Source of the DNA: Clostridia bacterium
GTDB taxonomy: Bacteria > Bacillota > Clostridia > Oscillospirales > CAG-272
Reading direction: 5' to 3'
DNA length: 64,000 nt
NCBI GenBank assembly: GCA_024405755.1
Contig: JAKSOD010000004.1
Span: 991 to 64,990, forward strand
Within the stretch, counting starts at the first letter, position 1; every line of letters starts with the position of its first letter. Below, piece after piece: positions 37,844-47,874 of this stretch. The translations under genes were made by a program, and so were the position numbers. Under the pieces are notes generated by a model that saw only the letters and a program-made list of their open reading frames with translations, ran no database searches and was not told where the DNA came from.

Positions 37844-38023
37844 TTAAGGCAACACCGCACAATTCACGGCTGACGCCTTGACTGCGCATATGCTTGCATC
37901 TTTTTCGTCATACTTCACAAAATTTCGTTGAAATAGAGAAACTATTCCTTCCTCATTTTGTATCGTCTGACGAAAAATCTGACGGCGCATCTGCACCGCC
38001 AGAATTGTGCGGTATTGCCTTAA
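37844..38023 (+). mobile_element. MITE-like palindromic element A, copy 1 (180 bp)
   Basis: The 22-bp terminal inverted repeats are ttaaggcaacaccgcacaattc and gaattgtgcggtattgccttaa, with 1 mismatch. By eye, one base differs from the arms of the copy at 47454-47797 (plus the central insertion-site bases). It has no coding capacity. Confidence 0.75.
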
Positions 38024-38034
38024 TATTTTACTGC

Positions 38035-38237
38035 GGGACTGTTAAAAAAGTCAATACATTTTTACAGTCCCTCAAAAGCAGTGGTCAGGAGCCACTGCTT
38101 TGGGCGCGACATTGGCGTTTTTGCCTTGAAACAAGGATGGATTTTACTCTTTTTTTAGGGCAAAACGGCGGTGTTCTGCCGCCGAGCCAAATGTCGGCGG
38201 GGTGTTAAAAACTCGATAACGAGTTTTTAACACCCCC
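38035..38237 (+). repeat. Multi-hairpin repeat element B (about 200 bp), forward copy
   Basis: It holds four or five nested or serial hairpins and ends in the conserved terminator hairpin ggggtgttaaaaactcg-ataa-cgagtttttaacacccc. Its reverse complement recurs at 52645-52847. Confidence 0.8.
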
Positions 38238-38259
38238 ATTTTCAAGGATTGTTGCTGCT

Positions 38260-38796
38260 ATGCTTATCTGGTTGATTTTGCTCATAATTATTGTTTTCTG
38301 TGATCAACTGACAAAATGGTTGGCGATCATACTGCTCGAAGACTGCACACCTCATTATCTGATCGACGGCGTACTGCGCTTTTCCTATGTGGAAAACCGC
38401 GGTGCTGCTTTCGGTATGCTTGACGAACACCGCTGGGTGTTTCTCGTGCTGTCCACAGCGGCGATTATCGGTATATGCGTTTATGTCTGTCTTAAGCCGC
38501 CGAAGAGCAGGCTTGTAATGATATCGCTGACTCTCATTGCCGGCGGAGGGATCGGAAATATGATCGATCGGACTTTCCTCGGCTACGTTGTGGATTTCAT
38601 TGATTTCTGCGCATTCCCCAAACTATGGAAGTGGGTATTCAATGTTGCCGATTCCTGCATCTGCGTTGGTGTCGGACTGTTGATCCTCTACCTTATTATT
38701 GATACTGTGAAAGAAGTCAGAGCGGAAAAGGCAAATAAAAAAGTCTCACCCGACGAGATTGAGACACGGTCCGACGGGGATATAAAAAATGATTAA
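38260..38796 (+). CDS. lspA: Lipoprotein signal peptidase (signal peptidase II)
   Basis: DQLTKW...VENRGAAFGM...GGGIGNMIDR...GYVVDFI...FNVADS gives the conserved LspA Asp motifs. Confidence 0.93.
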   Translation: MLIWLILLIIIVFCDQLTKWLAIILLEDCTPHYLIDGVLRFSYVENRGAAFGMLDEHRWVFLVLSTAAIIGICVYVCLKPPKSRLVMISLTLIAGGGIGNMIDRTFLGYVVDFIDFCAFPKLWKWVFNVADSCICVGVGLLILYLIIDTVKEVRAEKANKKVSPDEIETRSDGDIKND

Positions 38797-39811
38797 AAAA
38801 AATGCGAACGAAGATGAAGAAGTAATCTGTGACGAGAGCAGCACCGCCGGAAAAATTTACTCATATACCGTGACAGCGGAACATGACGGCGAGCGGGTCG
38901 ATAACTTTGTGGGAATCGCATCCGCAGGAGAAGATTCCCCGCTTTCACGTTCTCAAGCGGCAAAAATGTGTCTTGACGGCAGAGTTTTTGTAAACAATAA
39001 AAATGTTCTCAAACGTACCGTGCTTCATGTCGGTGACGAGGTCAGAGTTGAACTTCCGCCTCCCGTGCCGGACCGTGCCGAGCCTGAGAATATTCCCATT
39101 GACGTGATTTACGAGGATAATGATCTTATTGTTGTGAACAAAGCTGCCGGGATGGTCGTTCATCCGTCGGCAGGACATCTGACGGGTACTCTTGTTTCTG
39201 CGCTGCTCTATCATTGCGGTGACAGTCTTTCGGGGATCGGAGGAGTGAGCCGACCGGGAATAGTACACCGGATCGACCGGGATACCACGGGACTGCTTGT
39301 TGTGGCAAAGAATGATATGGCTCACGTCTCCCTTGCGGCGCAGATCAAAGCACACACTGCCCGAAGAACGTACGTTGCGGTGATTATCGGCTCAATGAAA
39401 TCCGATTCGGGCGATATTGACGCTCCAATAGGGCGGCATCCCGTTGACAGACTCAAAATGGCGGTAGTTGCCGCTGACAGTGTGACATCACGTCCCGCAG
39501 TCACTCATTGGCGTATGCTTGAAGACTATTCGGGTTATTCTCTTGTTGAGTGCCGGCTTGAAACCGGAAGGACTCATCAGATTCGCGTCCATATGTCCCA
39601 TTCCGGTCATCCCGTGCTCGGTGATCCCCTTTACGGCGGAGATAAAGACAGATTTTGTCTGCGTCACCCTGATCTGATCGAGGGGCAGTGCCTGCATGCA
39701 AGACGGCTTGAATTCGATCATCCGAGAACAGGGGAGCGAATGTGCTTCGAATGTCCCGTTCCCGAAAAAATGCAGCGCGTAATTGATCTGCTGCGTCAGG
39801 GAACAGTGTAA
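38789..39811 (+). CDS. rluD: RluA-family 23S rRNA pseudouridine synthase (RluD-like)
   Basis: An S4-like N-terminus is followed by VVNKAAGMVVHPS, HRIDRDTTGLLVVAK and GRTHQIRVHM. Confidence 0.9.
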   Translation: MIKKNANEDEEVICDESSTAGKIYSYTVTAEHDGERVDNFVGIASAGEDSPLSRSQAAKMCLDGRVFVNNKNVLKRTVLHVGDEVRVELPPPVPDRAEPENIPIDVIYEDNDLIVVNKAAGMVVHPSAGHLTGTLVSALLYHCGDSLSGIGGVSRPGIVHRIDRDTTGLLVVAKNDMAHVSLAAQIKAHTARRTYVAVIIGSMKSDSGDIDAPIGRHPVDRLKMAVVAADSVTSRPAVTHWRMLEDYSGYSLVECRLETGRTHQIRVHMSHSGHPVLGDPLYGGDKDRFCLRHPDLIEGQCLHARRLEFDHPRTGERMCFECPVPEKMQRVIDLLRQGTV

Positions 39812-39842
39812 AATACTAAAAAGCAAATTAACGGAGAGTTCA

Positions 39843-40703
39843 ATGGAAGATTTCAGCGATATACTTCTTGTGACCGATCTTGACGGCACATTTTTCGGAG
39901 AAAAATCGTCAATAGTGCCGCGAAACATGGAGGCAATAGACTATTTCAAAGCCGGAGGCGGACTGTTTACGATTGCGACGGGACGGATGCACTGCAATAT
40001 AAGTCGTCCTCTGCCTATGGTGAAGGAACTTATCAATGCTCCGATGATATCCTGCAACGGCGCGCTGATGTTTGACATAAGGACCGGCAAGACCATAAAT
40101 GAAAGACTGATCCCCGCAAAACTCGGTATGGATATTGTGGAATATTCCGTATCTCATTACGACGATGTCGGAGCGAGGGTTTCCGCGCCGGACGGATTTT
40201 TGTGTTCGGATGAAATGGTGGCAGCCTGTCCGAGACTTGCAAAGGATCTGAAAACCTGCGATCCGTGGATGCTCAATATGGTTCCTTTTGAGAGATGGAA
40301 CGAATTCAGCTGGTATAAGATCATAATCCGCGGTGATTCCGACAGACTTGATTTACTTCGTGCAGAACTTGAAAAAAACTTCGGTGAAGCGGTCGAGATC
40401 AGTAAGTCCGGTGCTACTTTCCTTGAAGTGCAGTCTGAGGGAACGAACAAGTCCGTGCAGCTTGACGCTTTGCGTGAATACTGCGAGAAGGAAAAAGGCA
40501 GGAAACTTACCGTGTGGTATTCCGGAGACTACGAAAACGATCTTGAAATATTGAAGATCGCCGATGTCGCCGTCTGTCCCGGGAATGCCCTTGACTGTGT
40601 AAAAGAGGTCTGCGACTTGTGTCTGTGCCGCAATACGGAAGGACTTATGGCGGATATTATTGAAACTATTGCAGCGCGGAAAGGCGGAAAATGCAGATTC
40701 TGA
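39843..40703 (+). CDS. Cof-type HAD-IIB phosphatase
   Basis: LLVTDLDGTFFG (motif I), ...IATGR..., ...NKSVQLDAL... and ...SGDYENDLEIL fit the family. The ATG is at 39843. Confidence 0.8.
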   Translation: MEDFSDILLVTDLDGTFFGEKSSIVPRNMEAIDYFKAGGGLFTIATGRMHCNISRPLPMVKELINAPMISCNGALMFDIRTGKTINERLIPAKLGMDIVEYSVSHYDDVGARVSAPDGFLCSDEMVAACPRLAKDLKTCDPWMLNMVPFERWNEFSWYKIIIRGDSDRLDLLRAELEKNFGEAVEISKSGATFLEVQSEGTNKSVQLDALREYCEKEKGRKLTVWYSGDYENDLEILKIADVAVCPGNALDCVKEVCDLCLCRNTEGLMADIIETIAARKGGKCRF

Positions 40704-40708
40704 AAAAA

Positions 40709-40733
40709 ACGGCGGACAAAAGCCGCCGTTTTT
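40709..40733 (+). terminator. Intrinsic terminator of the Cof-type phosphatase gene
   Basis: acggcgg-acaaaa-gccgccgt is followed by ttttt. Confidence 0.75.
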
Positions 40734-40740
40734 GAGCAAA

Positions 40741-40780
40741 GGTGGTGTAAAAAGCTCGGGTACAAGTTTTTTACACCACC
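40741..40780. terminator. Conserved-family hairpin (imperfect copy) at the 3' end of the convergent DUF4364 gene
   Basis: The sequence is ggtggtgtaaaaagctcgggtacaagttttttacaccacc. It lies 5 nt from the minus-strand stop at 40786-40788. Confidence 0.6.
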
Positions 40781-40785
40781 TTCTT

Positions 40786-41337
40786 TTAATCAAACATAAA
40801 GTTTACGTTTCCTGCCATAAGTGCGGTAAAACCGCGGTAGATCACCTCGGGACGGCTGTCAAAGTTGCTCTTCATGCGTTCCGCCCGGTTGAAGCTGTCA
40901 ACTTTCAGCGTGGACTCGAAGATGACGGATTTTTTTTCAAGCAGGCGGCAGCGGACGTAACATTCTCCGGTTGCCTTGTCAATTACTTCGATATCACAGT
41001 CGGCGGTTATACCGCGGCGTTGGAAGTCAAGATAACGGAATGCGGCTGAAAGAGATTTATCAAGAATTGATGTAAGAACATCTGATTTGAGTTCCCGTGC
41101 CACAACTCTGCCCTGATCGCTGACGGTGTACAGCGTGTTCCCATCCTCAACGACCGGCTCGATCAGTCCGCCGTCGAGCATTTCGTTGAAACTCTCGGCA
41201 AAGTCAAGATACATTACGTAATCGGTCTGCATCACGATATCGTTTATGGTACAGAGTTCAAGGGGATAATTAATATTTTCAAGCAGGTAAAGAACAAATA
41301 TTTTTACGGCACGTTTGCTGCCGATAGGTGACGACAT
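40786..41337 (-). CDS. DUF4364-family protein (PadR-like putative regulator)
   Basis: The ORF is 183 aa. The N-terminus KIFVLYLLENINYPLELCTINDIVMQTDYVMYLDFAESFNEMLDGGLIE recalls clostridial DUF4364 proteins. This call is from memory only. Confidence 0.5.
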   Translation of the reverse strand: MSSPIGSKRAVKIFVLYLLENINYPLELCTINDIVMQTDYVMYLDFAESFNEMLDGGLIEPVVEDGNTLYTVSDQGRVVARELKSDVLTSILDKSLSAAFRYLDFQRRGITADCDIEVIDKATGECYVRCRLLEKKSVIFESTLKVDSFNRAERMKSNFDSRPEVIYRGFTALMAGNVNFMFD

Positions 41338-41478
41338 GATGACCTCCTTGGAACATAAGACGAAAAAAGATATATGTAAATATTATCACAAAATTTGAAA
41401 TTCTTCAATAGTTTTGTTTGCCTTTTTGCGAAATTTGTGGTATTATATAGTCAATACCAATCGAAAGGACGAAAAACA

Positions 41479-42684
41479 ATGATAAATATCGCATTACTCG
41501 GCTTCGGGACCGTCGGAGGAGGCGTCGCTGAAGTCATTACCAAAAATGAAAAGATCATATCCGCACGTCTCGGAGATAAGATCAATATCAAATATATCCT
41601 TGATCTGCGCGAATTTCCGTCAAGTCCCTTTGCTGACCGCATAGTGCACGATTTCAACACCATACTTAACGACCCTGAGGTCAGTATTGTGGCGGAAATG
41701 ATGGGCGGAGTTCATCCCGCCGCAGATTTCAGCCGTGCCGCCCTTGATGCCGGTAAGAGCGTTGTCACCTCAAACAAGGCAGTCGTTGCAGCCTGCGGTG
41801 ACGAACTTCTTGCCCTTGCCCGCAAACGCGGAGTACGCTATCTGTTTGAAGCAAGCGTCGGCGGCGGTATACCGATCATCAGACCTCTGACAGATGACCT
41901 CGCTTCCAATGAGATAAACTCCGTATGCGGAATTCTCAACGGAACTACCAACTTCATTTTAAACGAAATGTCCGAAAACGGCAGTGATTTTGACTCCGTG
42001 CTGAAACAGGCGCAGGAAAAGGGATATGCCGAGGCTGATCCTACCGCCGATGTTGACGGATTTGATGCCGCTCGTAAGATCATAATTCTTGCCGCTCTTG
42101 CATACGGCAAACTTATGCCCCTAGAATCGATCAGCATCCGCGGTATCCGCAGCGTGACGCGTGCGGACGTCACTGTTGCCGAACAACTCGGCTGCCGGCT
42201 GAAACTGATTGCAGATGTCAGACTTGATGCCGACGGCAGGATCCTTGCCACCGTTGCTCCTCGTTTCGTGCGTACTTCCTGTCCGCTTGCCTATATTGAC
42301 GGAGTGTTCAACGGAGTCCTTGTTCGCGGAAATATGGTAGGAAACGCAATGTTCTACGGACCCGGTGCCGGGAAACTCCCCACCGCAAGTGCTGTGGTAG
42401 CCGATATTATCGACGCCGCCGAGCGTAAATTTGCGGCACCTCCGAGACTTGACTGGGTTCGTGCGGAAGAAAAGGATATATCTCCCGTTGATCCCGCCAA
42501 CGAAGGCGAGTATTTCTGTCATATCTTTGATAATGCCGCCGCTGCCATTGCAGCCGCAAATGCAGCCGGTAATACCGCAAAGAGTGTGGATGCGGCAGAA
42601 CTCGGTGAGAACGGCGTGTGGGCAGTGCTTTCCAACAAGAGCGAGCTTGCGGGCAGCGTCCGCCGTTACGCTTTCTTTGAGTGA
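41479..42684 (+). CDS. hom: Homoserine dehydrogenase
   Basis: IALLGFGTVGGGV..., VTSNKAV..., YLFEASVGGGIPII..., GILNGTTNFIL... and GYAEADPT.DV.G.DAA.K. The ATG is at 41479. Confidence 0.9.
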   Translation: MINIALLGFGTVGGGVAEVITKNEKIISARLGDKINIKYILDLREFPSSPFADRIVHDFNTILNDPEVSIVAEMMGGVHPAADFSRAALDAGKSVVTSNKAVVAACGDELLALARKRGVRYLFEASVGGGIPIIRPLTDDLASNEINSVCGILNGTTNFILNEMSENGSDFDSVLKQAQEKGYAEADPTADVDGFDAARKIIILAALAYGKLMPLESISIRGIRSVTRADVTVAEQLGCRLKLIADVRLDADGRILATVAPRFVRTSCPLAYIDGVFNGVLVRGNMVGNAMFYGPGAGKLPTASAVVADIIDAAERKFAAPPRLDWVRAEEKDISPVDPANEGEYFCHIFDNAAAAIAAANAAGNTAKSVDAAELGENGVWAVLSNKSELAGSVRRYAFFE

Positions 42685-42690
42685 TCGTTT

Positions 42691-43842
42691 ATGAATGATG
42701 AAGTCAGCCGTCCTGCGGGACGGAGGATAAAAGTAACACATATATTGACGGATTCAAATGTGGGAGGAGCCGGGAATTACCTGTATTACCTTCTCGGTGC
42801 CTCCGACAGAGAAAAATTTGACTTTTCCGTGATTCTGCCGGCCGGAGCGAAAATTACGGAAAAAATCGAAAGTCTCGGCATTCCGGTAAGGCACGTGGAG
42901 TGCCCCTGCTTTGCAGACAGATCATATGCACCGCGTGCGGAGAAAGAATTGCGCAGGCTGATCAACGGGGAAAATCCGGATGTCGTTCATACGCACGCAT
43001 CTCTGACCGGACGTATTGCCGCGGCAAAGTCGGGAGTCACCGTTAAGATCATGACCAAGCACTGTTCAGATATGCCTCCTGAGTATCAGACATTTTTCCC
43101 GATAAAGCAGATAGCGCGGCGGCAGTTCAGACGTACAGTTGACGGAGCTGTGGCTACCGACGAGCAGGCGCGTGATGCACTTGTCGCCTGCGGTATGCCG
43201 CGTGAGATGATCACCGTGATACGCAACGGCGCTGCACCTCTATGTCAGATCGGCGAGGAAGAGAAAGATGCTTTACGCAAAAGTCTCGGGATCCCGTGCG
43301 GAACTTTCGTTGTAGGAAGTTTTTCCCGTCTTGAACCGGTGAAAGCTCATGAAATACTCCTTCGCGCCGCCGCTGTATGTATGCGGTTCGTGTCGAACAT
43401 TTACTTTCTGATTGTCGGAGACGGAAGCAGGCGTGAGGAACTCGAAGCCTTGGCAGTGCGTTACGGTATATCGGAGAATGTAAGATTCTGCGGTTTCGTG
43501 TCCGATATCGCACCATATATGTCGCTCTGCACCGTAAATGTCAATACTTCCGTGGGGACGGAAACGTCGAATCTGGCAATCAGCGAGGGATTGAGTCTCG
43601 GCGTGATTCCCGTGGTTTCCGATTTCGGAGGAAATCCTCGGTCTGCCGCCGGATGCGGACTTGTTTATAAGGATAATGATCCGGCACTTCTTGCAGATGC
43701 TGTTTTGTCTCTCTGCCGCGATCCTGAGCAGGTAAGGTTTTTATCGGAAGCGGCAAAACGGGAATTTCATTCTCACCGTACCGCAGATAGAATGGCGCGT
43801 GAGACAGAAAAAGTTTACCTTAATCTTTTACGGCAAAAATAA
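42691..43842 (+). CDS. Glycosyltransferase family 4 (GT-B, group 1)
   Basis: An N-terminal GGAGNY motif is followed by a C-terminal ...GDGSRREELE...F.GFV.D..PYM.....V.TS..TE...LAISEGLSLG.P.V.S..GG (the EX7E region). Confidence 0.8.
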   Translation: MNDEVSRPAGRRIKVTHILTDSNVGGAGNYLYYLLGASDREKFDFSVILPAGAKITEKIESLGIPVRHVECPCFADRSYAPRAEKELRRLINGENPDVVHTHASLTGRIAAAKSGVTVKIMTKHCSDMPPEYQTFFPIKQIARRQFRRTVDGAVATDEQARDALVACGMPREMITVIRNGAAPLCQIGEEEKDALRKSLGIPCGTFVVGSFSRLEPVKAHEILLRAAAVCMRFVSNIYFLIVGDGSRREELEALAVRYGISENVRFCGFVSDIAPYMSLCTVNVNTSVGTETSNLAISEGLSLGVIPVVSDFGGNPRSAAGCGLVYKDNDPALLADAVLSLCRDPEQVRFLSEAAKREFHSHRTADRMARETEKVYLNLLRQK

Positions 43843-43852
43843 ATTCTGAAAT

Positions 43853-43885
43853 CACCCCGGAACGGAAAAATGCAGTTCCGGGGTG
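43853..43885. terminator. Bidirectional terminator between the GT4 gene and the convergent symporter gene
   Basis: caccccggaac-ggaaaaatgca-gttccggggtg. Confidence 0.7.
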
Positions 43886-43891
43886 TCTTCT

Positions 43892-45265
43892 TTATTCACC
43901 GTGAATCCGTTTCTTTTCTCCGAAATATGCCCGTGTTTCCTCGGTGACCTCCCGGTTTCCGAGCAGGAGTACAGTGACATTGATGACTGTCATAAGTCCC
44001 ATTGAAAGATCGGCGACTCCCCATACGGAACCCGGTGAAATGATCGCTCCCGCAAGAGCACAGGCTGAGAATACGGGAACAAAACACAGACGTGTCAGCC
44101 TGCGGTCTGCATGCGGAGTCAGATATGCAAGGCATTCAAGTCCGTAATAACTTTGACAGATTACAGTGGCGGCACCGAACATAAGCACGGCAATACAGAC
44201 TGCATAATTGCTCCATGTGCCGAGAACGGCGGAATATGAACTGATCGTCATCATAACGGAGTTATCTCCCCATACGAAAACTTTATCGTAACTGACAAGA
44301 ATCACCGCCGCTGTCATGGCGCAAAGGATCACGGTATCCACGATAACCTCCACAATGCCGAGAAACCCTTGTTCGGCGGGCGAGGACACGTCGGATGACG
44401 AATGGGCAAGCGGCGACGTTCCCGCCCCCGCTTCGTTGGTAATAAGTCCACGCATTGTGCCGTATCGGAGAGAGCGGGAGAGCAAAAAACCTGAAATACC
44501 GCCGAGGATTCCTCCGGATGACCCGAAATCAAAGGCGTCGGTGACGACAAGACGAATCACGATTGGCAGGTCGGCGGCACGAAGGATAAGGACAGCCGCG
44601 GACATCACGAAAAAACCGAGGCTCATCAGGGGAACAAGGCGCGCGGTAAATGAACTGATACGTGAAAGACCTCCGGTGCAGACGGCGGCGGCAAGAACGG
44701 CAACGGCAGCACCGATAATCAGCCGACTGATTCCAAGCACACCTTCAAGCGCACCCGCAACGGCATTGACCTGCACCACGCAGCCCATAGAGAGGGAATT
44801 GACAAGGCAAAGAGCGGCAAATGCCGCAGCAGCGGCAGCTCCCGCACGCGGCAGTCCCCGTGATGACAGAATATCCTTAATGTAGTACGGAGTACCGCCC
44901 TCGGATTTCCCGTCAACTGTTCTTCTGTGACGCAGCGCAAGGACTGTCTCAGCGTATTTCAGTGCCGACGCCGCTACGGCGGAGATCCACATCCAGAAAA
45001 TTGCTCCCGGTCCTCCGAGATTGATCGCCGCGGATACTCCTACGATATTTCCGACTCCGAGGGTTCCCGCAAGTGCAAGGCAGAGAGCGCGGCGCGGTGA
45101 GATGCCGCCCGGAGTCCGCGGTTTTCCGGAGAGAAGCGGGCGCAGTACGGCTGCGGGATGTCGGAACCAGAAAAAATTTAGCTTTACGGCAAAGAAGATC
45201 CCCGATGGAATTAGCATCAGGGGAACGAGTACCCCCGTGACGTATCTGTTCAGAAATTCAAGCAT
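43892..45265 (-). CDS. Alanine/glycine:cation symporter (AGCS) family transporter
   Basis: It has about 11 TM segments. ...ALAGTLGVGNIVGVSAAI..GGPGAIFWMWI.A....ALKYAE..LA...R and ...NEAG.GTSP.AH are typical AGCS motifs. Confidence 0.85.
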   Translation of the reverse strand: MLEFLNRYVTGVLVPLMLIPSGIFFAVKLNFFWFRHPAAVLRPLLSGKPRTPGGISPRRALCLALAGTLGVGNIVGVSAAINLGGPGAIFWMWISAVAASALKYAETVLALRHRRTVDGKSEGGTPYYIKDILSSRGLPRAGAAAAAAFAALCLVNSLSMGCVVQVNAVAGALEGVLGISRLIIGAAVAVLAAAVCTGGLSRISSFTARLVPLMSLGFFVMSAAVLILRAADLPIVIRLVVTDAFDFGSSGGILGGISGFLLSRSLRYGTMRGLITNEAGAGTSPLAHSSSDVSSPAEQGFLGIVEVIVDTVILCAMTAAVILVSYDKVFVWGDNSVMMTISSYSAVLGTWSNYAVCIAVLMFGAATVICQSYYGLECLAYLTPHADRRLTRLCFVPVFSACALAGAIISPGSVWGVADLSMGLMTVINVTVLLLGNREVTEETRAYFGEKKRIHGE

Positions 45266-45432
45266 TTTTCCCCCGATCCCGCCCGATAAGCGTACAGTCT
45301 TTTATATGAATCTATTCCGCACCCCGGTTAGCAATTCCGAATTCTTCTGCCAAAAAAATTGTAAACTAAATGTTAATTCGATATTAAACCTCTTGATTTT
45401 TTCCAATAATGTAGTACAATGTAAATCGTAGG

Positions 45433-45459
45433 TTAGCACTCGAGCAAAATGAGTGCCAA
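45433..45459 (+). promoter_or_regulatory. CIRCE operator (HrcA binding site) upstream of groES
   Basis: TTAGCACTC-gagcaaaat-GAGTGCCAA compares with the consensus TTAGCACTC-N9-GAGTGCTAA. It follows a TTGATT...TACAAT promoter-like pair at about 45393-45420. Confidence 0.9.
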
Positions 45460-45505
45460 AAAATAAGAAATAAAGACGAAAGTCGTTCATTTAAGGAGGA
45501 AAATC

Positions 45506-45793
45506 ATGAACATCAAACCCTTGGCAGACAGAGTTGTCATCAAACTCGTCGAAGCAGAGGAGAAGACCGAGAGCGGCATCATCCTTACCGCGAAGGCTCA
45601 GGAAAAACCCCAGATCGCCGAAGTAGTCGCAGTTGGCCCCGGAAAAGCCAACGACGACGGAGTCCGTACTCCCGTTGAAGTCAAAGTCGGCGATAAGATC
45701 ATTGCCGCAAAATACGCCGGAACCGAAGTCAAGATTGACGGCGTTGAATATACCATCATCTCCGAGAAAGACGTTCTCGCTATCATTAAATAA
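45506..45793 (+). CDS. groES: Co-chaperonin GroES
   Basis: MNIKPLADRVVIK......T.SGI.L...A.EKPQ.AEVVAVGPG. Length is 95 aa. Confidence 0.97.
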   Translation: MNIKPLADRVVIKLVEAEEKTESGIILTAKAQEKPQIAEVVAVGPGKANDDGVRTPVEVKVGDKIIAAKYAGTEVKIDGVEYTIISEKDVLAIIK

Positions 45794-45808
45794 TTCGGAA
45801 GGAAGTAA

Positions 45809-47452
<1,644 letters not shown>

Positions 47453-47453
47453 T

Positions 47454-47797
47454 TTAAGGCAACACCGCACAATTCACGGCTGACGCCTTGACTGCGCATA
47501 TGCTTGCATCTTTTCCGTCATACTTCACAAAATTTCGTTGAAATAGATTAGGGAACCTCTAAATATTCATCGCGGACGGGATCGCGGTGCTTTATTCCGT
47601 CATACTTCACAAAAATCCTTCGTGGTGGGGCAACAACACGTGCGGATTTTTGTTTCGTCTGACGAAAAAATCCCTCGCGCCCCATCTCGCACTGAATTTT
47701 TAGAGGTTCCCTTAACTATTCCTTCCTCATTTTGTATCGTCTGACGAAAAATCTGACGGCGCATCTGCACCGCCAGAATTGTGCGGTATTGCCTTAA
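47454..47797 (+). mobile_element. MITE-like element A, copy 2, interrupted by nested element C
   Basis: It has the same 22-bp terminal inverted repeats as copy 1. By eye the left arm differs from copy 1 at one base and the right arm at none. It starts 2 nt after the groEL stop. Confidence 0.8.
47548..47714 (+). mobile_element. Nested palindromic element C (167 bp) inserted in the centre of element A
   Basis: The terminal inverted repeats are ttagggaacctctaaatattca and tgaatttttagaggttccctta, with 2 mismatches. It carries its own TTCCGTCATACTTCACAAAA...CGTCTGACGAAAAAA core. The junctions fit a TA duplication when compared with the uninterrupted copy. Confidence 0.7.
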
Positions 47798-47814
47798 ACC
47801 TGCAAATATAATTA

Positions 47815-47846
47815 TGGGACCGGATCACGCGAGTGATCCGGTCCCA
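47815..47846. terminator. Bidirectional terminator between the groEL locus and the convergent epimerase gene
   Basis: tgggaccggatcac-gcga-gtgatccggtccca forms a 14-bp perfect stem. Confidence 0.75.
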
Positions 47847-47874
47847 TATCATATTACAGTATTACAGTCTCATA

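Noticed and set aside
37894-38208. A 104-aa plus-strand ORF between ileS and lspA
   Set aside because: It lies entirely within repeat elements A and B. The reading frame is not preserved in the other copies, since element B is inverted at 52645-52847. It has no RBS.
45328-45353. A possible second, degenerate CIRCE (TTAGCAattccgaattcttctGCCAA) about 100 bp upstream of the true one
   Set aside because: Only the outer bases of the half-sites match and the inner CTC/GAG pairs are lost. It lies upstream of the -35 region. It is probably a chance match or a decayed copy.
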